Positions 37,916 to 47,494 of a DNA stretch of 64,000 nucleotides are shown in pieces. The notes below the pieces were generated by a model. That model had not been told where the DNA came from and did not search any database. It saw nothing but the letters and a program-made list of their open reading frames with translations. Numbering within the stretch: the stretch's first letter is position 1; each line of letters starts with the position of its first letter. This DNA comes from Anthoceros angustus. Taxonomy: Eukaryota > Plantae > Anthocerotophyta. The translations under genes and the position numbers were made by a program. The DNA lies in assembly GCA_010909165.1 (NCBI GenBank), contig VJWM01000107.1, positions 682,001 to 746,000 of the forward strand. The letters run 5' to 3'.

Positions 37916-40900
37916 TATGGCAAAGAACCTTATGTCACTAAGTAGACTCATGAAAATGAAGGATCTAGTCCTTACCATCTCAGAAGATACATGTTGTTTC
38001 TCTAGACATAGTGCCCCTGCCACTTGCATCTTCAAAGCCTCGCTTGATTCAGAACTATATCGCCTGGATATTTCTTGCATTCCAAGACAACACTCATACT
38101 CTACAACCATTGGCGCCTCATGTACACTGTGAACAGTCTGGCATGCGCCTTAGCCATGCTAATAGAACTAAAGCGATTGATATCTCTGGCGAGGTCAAGA
38201 ACCTCTTCCACGTTGCTTAAAGGATCTACCAATTTGTGAAGTGTGTACCCTTGCAAAGCAGCGGGAGACTCCCTTTCCAACGGCCCTGCACATCGATCAT
38301 CGTCAGTGCTGGATCTTGTCCATGCAGACATCTCAGGCAGATTGCAAGTATCTTCTCTTGGTGGAGCGAAATATCATCTTACCTTGACTGATGATTATAG
38401 TCGCTGTACATGGACTTATCAAATGCAAATTAAGAGTGATACCTGCCCAATATTCAAGGAGTGGCTCCTTATGACTCAGCGACAGATGAGTTGCCTACTG
38501 AAGCTCTTTCACACGGATAATGGTGGAGAGTTCACTAGTCATCCTTTCGCTGAGTTCTTGCAAGGAGAAGGAATCATTCATCAGCTAATTGTACCCTACA
38601 CACAACAGCAGAATGGGTAGCAGAGAGGAAGAATCAAACTCTCATGGGCATGACTCGCTCGATGCTGCTATGTCGGGGCTACCCTCTCCCTATTGGGCAG
38701 AGGCTGTTGTTACAGCCACATATATACTGAATCGGCTTACCTCCAACTCCATTCCGGGCAAAACTCCTTATGAAATGTTCTGGGGTCGTAAACCAAGTGT
38801 TCTAGATCTACACCTTCACACCTTTGGTTCCCGAGCATTTGCTTACATACCTGCTGAAAAGAGGCTCTTCCTCAAAAACAAAGCGAAGGAGCCGGCCGGC
38901 CGGCGCCTTCCCTTGGATTTGTTGTCTTTGTGTGTTGGAAACGGGTTTTCATGATAACTACTCGTTGGAAAACGGTCGACCTTTCTTGAAAACGAGGCAA
39001 AACGCATATTTCGGGACTGTGTGGAATGTGCTAAGAGGGTTTCCATGTCACAGAAGGGGGTTCGGATATTCACCCCCTTCGAAAGATATCGTGTTAACAT
39101 CATTACGCTAGAGATGTCAAAGCTAGAAATATCGTCAAGCCTATTATGTTCATACTGACGCCAATACAGCCGACATACTCACTAAGTCCCTTCCCAAACA
39201 CAAACACTACATACACCTTGACTGCTTGGGACTACTAGACTATTCCAGCTATCTCTAACTTGTAGGACCTAGAGTCCCCTACTCAGCTGACCTCCTGTTC
39301 CCGTCGTCTGCCCCTTGCCCTAACCTTTTTGTGTTCAGTGGGAGATGTCAATGTTCTGTGATAGGTTTTAGCCCCAAGCAGCAAACTCAAGACTGAATAG
39401 TAATTTCGATTCTTACCCCTGCCGATACGTATGTTGGGCAGGATACCCTTGTTCTTCCCTAATCTGCAGGTGTGATACATGACGCAAGTATTAAGATGCG
39501 CAGCGGCACAGCCCCCTCACTGGATGAAGCTCAACCTACTCTAGCTAGTCGTGAGAAGGCTGCAACAAATCTGCTATCAGTATGGAGTTACTGGACAGTC
39601 TCACCTTCAATCTTGTTTCCTCCATATAGTGCTATGATTTCGTTTTCCCTTGCCACCATATCCCTTAGCTCCTCTGTCCTCCTTTGCGTTCTCCAGAGTA
39701 TCTTCTTTGAAACTTCGTCATACTTCTTCTACGACTCCCGCAGCTCCTTCATGAGTTCATCCAGGCTTCGCGCCTCCTGGTCCTCCCTACCCTTCAGCTC
39801 CCGTCTCCTGCCTTGGGTTCAGGTTCAGCAATCTGTTCCTCTCTTCCAGCCTCTCCCTGCTGCTCAAGCCAGAGTTCTTGGACCGCACCATGGTGAAGCA
39901 TGAAGGAACTAAGATTGCTGTGATACAGACCAGCTAGAAGAGGCGAGGACTGTGAAGATGGAGGAGGCGTAATCCTTCCTCATCTCCTCTCTTAAGTCAG
40001 GGAGCTGTACAGATATGGCGAACATAGCCCTTACATTCTGACAGCGCAACTGAAGATTGACCCTTTTCAATGCTTATCGCTTGATTCGTATTTAACCCGT
40101 CGAGGTTAAGTGGGAGTGTTAGATATATAACCTGCTAGGGTTAAATATAAATGCTTAGTTAGGATTAGTTACATTTTACATACTTATACTTCCTTGTGTG
40201 CTACCTTTTTAATTCCTTTTGTTCATTGGTCTTCTCTTCCCTCTTGCATGCTGGCTTGTGATTGTGCTGCGTGCACGAGGGTCCTCGTAACAATTTGGCA
40301 TTGCTACTCCGAGGGGTTGTGAGTCAGTGGTGTTTGACATGCAGGCATGGCTTGACACCCACCCGGATTGGGTTGTTTTACAGGTGGATGTTGAAAACGC
40401 CGTCAATACCATTTCGAGGAGCGTCATCATCGAGGAGCTCAGGGACGCTGGTGGTGTCTTGGAGAGCCTTATACCTTTTGTCTGGTGCTTCTACGGGACA
40501 TCTTCTAATCTTTATTATCAATACAGGAACATGTCTTCGGGATTTGCTGTTTCTGTCTTAGAATCAGCCACAGGTACCAGTCAAGGTGATCGATCCTCTA
40601 GGCGGTGCCCTCTTTGCCATCGCGCACTACAAGGCCCTTTCGGTACACTTCCTTGCGTGGTCTTCCGCCGCGGGCGACTCTCACATCCTTGGGCCAGGAG
40701 ACAAGGTTCAGGAGGCCTTCTAGCTCTTCTCGCATGAGATTTCTTTGGTTGGCTTAAAAGTAAAGCTCTCTAAGTGTCGCGTTTGGTCCTCATTGGGTAT
40801 CCTCCTCACTTTGCAGTTCCCTGCTGGGGAGATTGCTCCGGCCTTGGGTCTACGGATTTTGGGGGTCCCCTTCGGCCCCCCTCACTTTATTGGGAGCTTC

Positions 40901-43816
40901 TTAGGCCAGTCTCTCGCGGAGGACTTGTCCCATGTCGAAGACCTCCCCCTGTTGGGATGCTCTGGTGGCCTTTGGAATTCTTTCCTCCTGCTTTGCTAGG
41001 CGCCCTGGTTACCTCATCCGCACGCTCCTCCCGACTCCAGTTCTCAGGTCTCGACTTCAGGGGTTTGAAAGGATTTTCTTCCTTTCTCGACGGATGATCG
41101 GCGGGATTTTCTTCCTTTCTCGACGGATGATCGGCGGGATTTTCTTCCTTTCTCGACGTTTATCTCTGATGGTTTCAGGGGGTTGCAGGCGTTGTTGCTT
41201 GAGAAGCAGCTTGGCCAGGCTTTCCAGTCCATCCTCTTGGACTCCTCCATCCCTAGGTTTACGAGAGCTCGGCTTCACTCTTGTTCTGGTAAGGGTGCAG
41301 GTGCTTGGCTTCTGGCTTGTCCATGTATACGGGGTTTTGTCATCGCACCAGCCACCTTCACCACTGAAGCGCGTCTTGCTGCCTTGATGCATGGCGTCTC
41401 CTTCTTACTTGCAAGTGCGTGCCTCGATGACTGGGTACCTCGTTGTCCCCATGGGGGTCATCCATCACAATGATATCTACTGATGTCATGTTTGCCATAG
41501 CTTGCAAAAGCGGCCACATGGCTTGGAGGGTACATTCTTCCAAGTCGCTCAATCAAGGTTAACTTGTACTTTGTCCGGTGACCAAGTTTGACGGTGGTTA
41601 CCGACCGCCTGTGACACTATCTACGATGTCATGTTTGCCATAGCTTGCAAAAGCGGCCACATGGCTTGGAGGGTACATTCTTCGAACAGGTCGCTCAATC
41701 AAGGTTAACTTGTACTTTGTCCGCGGTGACCAAGTTTCGGTGGCGGACGTGGTGGTTCTTGACCGCCTGTGACACTATCTACTGCCAGTTATCACTAACC
41801 GTCTGGTTAGCCGCCACGTGCGCTCTCAAGGTCAAAAAGTATAGCGGGATGCAAGCGGGCCACTTCTTTATTCCGCTTGCACTCGAAACGTATGGGGCAA
41901 CGGCTACGGACTTCGATCAATTTCTCCAGTCCTGTGCCAAGTCCTACCATTCCCGTAGGCATGGCGCGGAGTTGCCCCTTTCTTATTTCACAGCTTACTT
42001 CAGACATCGAGTCTCCATTGCCCTTCAAATGGCCATCTCGACGGCAATCCTTCACAAAGCGGCGACGGCAAGTGACGCTTCTTCCTCTTGCTCCGTCATT
42101 TGCAGGCCATTTGTTCTTCCTACATATGATGTTCTAGGAGCAGTAGGTAACTTTAGGTAAGGGCTTAGTTGCTCTTTTTGACCTTGACCCCCGAGGTCCA
42201 CCTTCATTGTCCCGTGCTGGATGGATTTTTCCCCATCGTTTTTTTTCCTCAATAAAACACTACTATCGTAATGGCCATTGTAAGTATTCTAATTGCAATA
42301 AGGACTTGTTTAATGGGAAAATATAGCCTCCACCAACCACCCTTATAGATATTTCTAATTGTAGTGAAAACATGTTTTATTACAAAAATATAACCTTGTG
42401 TAAGGACCCTAATAACTATTTGTAATTGTAGTAAAATACAGTTCTAATGGATTATTTCCAAATAAGGCCTTTTTGAGGGAGAGTTTTTATTCCTTAGTCT
42501 TTATATCTGTACGCCTTTATTTGAAAGAGAGTTCTGGTTTCTTGATACAAGGCCTCATTTCATAGAGAGTTTTGTATTCTCATTAGCGTACAGATTGTCC
42601 TCTGCACTGCACTCGATATGAGATATCATTCTACAATTTCACGTTAAATATACTATTGTGGATAAGAAGTAGGTACTAAAACTTGTCTAGTTACGAAGAG
42701 TTGTCTTTAGACTAAGTTCATTTTTAAAAATATGGATAATATTTTTAAAGAAAAATTACAGCTTTGTAGAAACAAATATACTAATTCTATCTAGGTAATG
42801 GACTTGAACCTGAATGACTTATTGATTTGAATTTTAATCAATCCCAGAATGCCCAGAATCCCAGAATTTGAGATTTCACCCTACTTTTTGGGCGCTCGAG
42901 GAAAAACCACACGCTAAAATGTTCTTGCTACCCTACGGTTTTCTGCCGCCGGTCCTTTCATATGAGATACATTCATGACCTCCCAAAATTGACCTTGTTT
43001 GTCATGAAGAATCATGGAGTGAAGGAGGCAGCATCGCAGCCTCCATAGCTGACTCCCGGTGAGCTCTCCGTTTGGAGAAGAACCGGGAGACAGAAAGGCA
43101 CTAGCTGATTTTCTCTTTATCAACCACGCCACTTCAACGGTTGGAACAACACTTGCCATGTGTCTCGTTTCACGAACGCGTTCCTGAGCCTGCGCAGATG
43201 GCGCTTGTTCTTGGCTCACTCAGTAAGCCACATTGACGTAATTGCTGGTTTAACGTTTCAGTGGCTGGCTTCATGTTTTGTAACGGTTGCTGGTGTTACT
43301 TTGCCTGAATCGATCGGAAGTTTGTAGGATGTGTCCTGGTTAGCCAGCCGGAGAATGCCCATCCCACAGCGCATCCGAGTACGTGCGCTGGTCACTTGCA
43401 AAGCCCGAGGTCACACCTGCATGGACACCCGAGCCCTTGTCCTAGTGCAGATACGAAGGGGCCATGGCTGGAATTGGTAGCGGAAAGGCTCCAGTGACAG
43501 CTCGTTCGGAAGCCCACGTCGAGGCGCATGAAACCTTCTTTTGACAGATTTTATAGACCATGAGGTCGACACCAAAAGATTTCCAAGAGCATTCACCCCC
43601 ATTTTTCCATCCAAGAAGCCGGAAACCCCGTCCTTGGTCATTCTGGGGCGAGCCTGAAACGAGGCCTGTCTGGAAGATGGACATGGTAGACTAATAAGAG
43701 TTGCTTCTCCGGGCGCTTGTTCCAATTCCCGATCAGCGCAGTTTGGTTCCAGCTCGGTTGAGAATGTCGGGGAGTGGGATGTTAGGAATCGTTGACTTGA
43801 AAACCCACAGGGCAGA

Positions 43817-43858
43817 CTAGGGCTAGGGCTAGGGCTAGGGCTAGGGCTAGGGCTAGGG
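43817..43858. repeat. (CTAGGG)7 hexamer array
   Basis: Seven exact units, read directly. Confidence 0.95.
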
Positions 43859-45121
43859 CCGGGCCCATAAAATAATGCACAGCATAGAATCCCGCACTTC
43901 ACGTGGCACGGGGCTCTGCTTCCCATTTTAGTTTTTTACTGCTGTCACATCTCGCCACCTGGCCTACTGCACATAAATGCAGGGGCTGCGCTCCTGGAAA
44001 AGAAAGTAGCAGTAATGCAAGGAATATCACCCAAAACGCACATGGCCCTACCATCCGGGCAGACTCCCATACAGCCCGTATGCGGTCCCTAAATTCCTGC
44101 ATCGCTGGTACAGGGCCTGGAAAAGGCTGAAAACCAGCTTGCAATGAGCTGTACGGATTATGTGGAATCCACCTTGTCTAGATGTTACCTAGTGTTTTCC
44201 ACGTTTTCTTAATTTGTATTAGGACGATATTATTTTATTGATTAAAACAGATAATTATTTTAAATTAAGAACAACGATCTTCCATAGGTATATATCTTTC
44301 AAAATACATGTAAGAATGAAATGACATGGATAAAAAACCTTTGATATCGTGTCTTTTCATTTAATTTGCATCTTGAACAATCTCACATGACAGCCAATCA
44401 AATGAGGTGTTTGGTTCCACGCGGAAAGCTTTCACCTCAATTTTGTTGTGAAAGGAAGCTTAACTTATAATTCTTGGAAACCTTCCAAAAGTGAACACAA
44501 CACCAAAACCCAGCGCCGGGTTCTTGGCTTAAAACCCTTGGAAAAGTGCTGGACATGTTTTGCATAATTGGGAGTAAGTGGCAATACCTGGTACTCGATT
44601 CTTGTTTTTGTATTGTAATCCAAAATGTAATGGAATCCTGACTCTATGAGTTCTTGGCTTAAAACCCTTGAGAGAGTGCTAGACATGTTTTGCATAATTG
44701 AAAATTAAGGAACAATACATGGTACTCAATTCTTGTTCGTATATTGTAATCCAAAATATGATGGAATCGTTATCCCTTTCTAAAGATTACCTAAATAGAT
44801 TATCCTTTCCAACAGGGTAGTATATGCATATAAAATATATAAATAAATTCATGCTTAGATTCGTGTATGAACAATGTCCCCAAACATTGAACTATGTCTT
44901 AAAGCAAAACCCTGAAATAAAATATTTGTGGCATTCAAGATATCAAACCCATAATCTTAACACAAAATTTTCTCAATCATGCAAAAGGTTTTAACAACTC
45001 AATGCTTTCATAAATTACTAAAGTAAAAAGAAAATCACAAAGAATCTCAATATTGTCATCAATGTTTGTAGGATGTAACATTCCAAGATAATTTGACTTC
45101 CAAAATTCAAAATATACCAAT

Positions 45122-46168
45122 ATGGCTCAAGGAGCTGCACCTATGGAATACAGACATTTAGGAACAACAGGTCTGAAGGTGAGCCAATTAGGATATGGCG
45201 CTTGGGTGAGCTTTGGAAATCAAGTAGACGCAGCTGCAGCTAAAGGAATTTTGGGAAAATGTAGAGAATTAGGAGTAAACTTCTTTGATAATGCTGAAGT
45301 TTATGCGGGTGGAAAAGCTGAAGAAATGATGGGGAAAGCCATTAAAGACCTAGGTTGGAAACGTTCTGATTTAGTGCTCTCTAGCAAAATATTTTGGGGA
45401 GGAACTGGTCCCAATGATAGAGGGCTCTCGAGGAAGCATATTATTGAAGGTGTGAAAGGCTCTTTAAAGAGACTTGATTTAGAATATTTAGATCTTATTT
45501 ACGCTCATAGGCCCGATAATAGCACTCCAATAGAGGAGACTGTGAGAGCATTCAATTGGGTGCTAGACCATGGTCTTGCTTTTTACTGGGGTACAAGTGA
45601 GTGGTCAGCTCAACAAATTACAGAAGCTTGGGAAGTTGCTAAAAGGCTAGATTTAGTTGGACCATCAATGGAACAACCTGAATATAACCTATTTTCTCGA
45701 GACAAAGTAGAAGTGGAATACTTACCTCTTTATGGGCACTATGGCCTAGGCTTGACCACATGGAGCCCTTTAGCTTCAGGTGTGTTGACAGGAAAATACA
45801 CAAAGGGCACAATTCCTCCAAACACTCGTTTTTCTCTTGAGAACTATAAGAACTTGGCTAGCAGATCTTTGGTAGACGAGATTCTCAGCAAAGTGGAGCA
45901 ACTCAAACCCATTGCAAAACAATTGGGCATCTCAATGGCTCAAATGTGCATTGCTTGGTGTGCCAGTAATCCAGATGTGAGTGCTATTATTACAGGAGCT
46001 ACCAATGAAACCCAAGTTGTAGAGAATTTGAAGTCTTTGGAACATCTTCCACTAATGACTCCCGAAGTGTTGGAGAAGATTGAGAATGTTGTGCAAAGCA
46101 AACCTCGTCGCCCTGACCAATATCGACGGCCATCTGCTCTAGGAGTCAAATCATCCGGTCAATTCTAG
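45122..46168 (+). CDS. KAB1: Voltage-gated K+ channel beta subunit (aldo-keto reductase family), single exon
   Basis: 348-aa intact ORF with GLKVSQLGYGAWVSFG, FFDNAEVY, GLSRKHIIEG, FYWGTSEW, EQPEYNL, TWSPLASGVLTGKY; closely matches plant KAB1. Confidence 0.95.
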   Translation: MAQGAAPMEYRHLGTTGLKVSQLGYGAWVSFGNQVDAAAAKGILGKCRELGVNFFDNAEVYAGGKAEEMMGKAIKDLGWKRSDLVLSSKIFWGGTGPNDRGLSRKHIIEGVKGSLKRLDLEYLDLIYAHRPDNSTPIEETVRAFNWVLDHGLAFYWGTSEWSAQQITEAWEVAKRLDLVGPSMEQPEYNLFSRDKVEVEYLPLYGHYGLGLTTWSPLASGVLTGKYTKGTIPPNTRFSLENYKNLASRSLVDEILSKVEQLKPIAKQLGISMAQMCIAWCASNPDVSAIITGATNETQVVENLKSLEHLPLMTPEVLEKIENVVQSKPRRPDQYRRPSALGVKSSGQF

Positions 46169-47494
46169 TTACAATTTTGAGAAGCTTTTCACATTTCCTC
46201 AACTTCTTTTGTGAAGCATGTGTGATCTCCTCAATTGCTGATAGAAGAGTTCGCACAAAGTGTTGTGCAATGATGCTCATGAATATGTAGCCCATCACAA
46301 ATGATGTGTGTAGAAGAAAACTTTGATCATGAATATGTAGCCCATCACAAATGATGTGTGTAAAAGAAAACTTTGATCGATGGATAGAACGTATGGATGA
46401 ATTGAGCTGAACCACATAACACTGTGGATGAGACACACCCTTCCTTCCTTCCTTCCTTCCTTTTGTAATATGAAATGGACATCTTTCGTAATTTCTAGGA
46501 CTCTTTCCACTGGTCCGGGTGTAGTAGGTCACCAACATGCCAGAGCTCGTGCAATTCGGTTAGAGGAGAACTGGGCGATGCGTGTTGCAGTAAGTGTGGA
46601 GGATGGAGAGGGTGGGCCAGGGAGGAGAGAGATGCCAGGTGACGAGGCTGGGGGCTGAAGGAATCGCTTGATCCATTGGCATGGAAAAGCGCCCTGGCGC
46701 AGCCGCAATCCATGGAAATCGGCGAAGTGCATCCTCGCAGCTCCAGCTTGCGCCCTTGTCGCGTTGCGATTCCTTGGGCTCGCAAATGACAATGGCGCGG
46801 ATCCGTGTTCCCGGGCCCCAGTCGTGGCACTGGGGCGCCCGCGCCTCTCTCCTCTCTCTCCACTCCGCACATCCTCAACTGCTCCTTCGGCTGACTTCCA
46901 CATCCTGCGCACTGCTCATTATGCCGTATCCTCTTACCAACACTCTCCCCTGCATTCCGCGCCCGGAATCTCCCTGCGCACCGGCAGCGACGTGCGGCCG
47001 CTGCTGTTTGCTGGGAGCTGCTGCCCACAGGAAGCCTTCGCTGTCGCAGGTTCGTTCTGCTCACTTCATCACCCCCTCTGTAGTCTGTACTGCCGCATCG
47101 CCTTGTCTTTATGTTTGTGGGTTCACGTCCTTGTCATGCCCCGCTGTGGGCTGAATGCTGAGGACCTTGAGCTTTGGGTTGTCGGCCCGCCCCGGACCGT
47201 TGTTTTGGCGAATCGGCCTCCGCGGCTTGTGATTTAGCGTAGGAATGCGTCCAGGCCCGATGGCGCACCAGCTTGTCCTTAAGATTTGGGATGTCTTTGA
47301 GACTTTCCAGATCCGGAGGTCTCGAAAGACTCCGAGCTAGCCCGAGGACCTGTGGTGGTAACTGAGAGCTGAGCCCTGCCTGCCTGAAAATGTCTCCACG
47401 ATCTGGGACTGGGACTGGGACTGGGACTGGGAATGGGAATGGGAATGGGGGCTGGGTTGGTGAGGGAATCGAGGTGGGGGAATTGGGGAAACGG

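Larger units (their letters stand above)
30593..40290 (+). mobile_element. Ty1/copia with paired LTRs (30593-30770, 40117-40290), TSD CAATT, RT deleted
   Basis: PBS TGGTACCAGAGCC, gag ~31800-32260, zinc knuckle, protease, integrase (HADISGRLQVSSLGGAKY...FHTDNGGEF), RNase H tail ~39090-39230, purine tract AAGTGGGAG; CAATT on both sides. Confidence 0.92.
30190..42260 (+). mobile_element. CRE-like non-LTR retrotransposon (RT, CCHC finger, restriction-like endonuclease), split by a copia insertion at 30593-40290
   Basis: PLAVGEAFMRLLSR...HLSPLQF joins GIATPRGCESVVF...VLQVDVENAVNTISR, then TGTSQGD and later FFIPLALETYG...YFRHRVSIALQ. AATAAAA at ~42251. A duplicate of the 5' piece lies at 28975-29380. 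Confidence 0.8.

Noticed and set aside
41072-41160. 33-bp unit repeated about 2.7 times, superficially CRISPR-like
   Set aside because: Units are directly adjacent with no unique spacers, inside a eukaryotic LINE; a local slippage duplication.
43490-43640. Minus-strand peptide KMGVNALGNLL...RRFHAPRRG resembling tyrosine-recombinase box II
   Set aside because: Only an HxxR-like tetrapeptide; no downstream catalytic Tyr context or upstream Arg box is recognisable.
44521-44770. Diverged ~130-bp direct repeat upstream of KAB1 and a 50-bp tandem repeat at ~46280-46378
   Set aside because: Ordinary local duplications; they do not form TIRs or a TSD pair around KAB1.
46495-47240. Overlapping GC-rich ORFs upstream of MEBL
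   Set aside because: No recognisable domain on either strand; may be a UTR or upstream exon, which needs transcript data.
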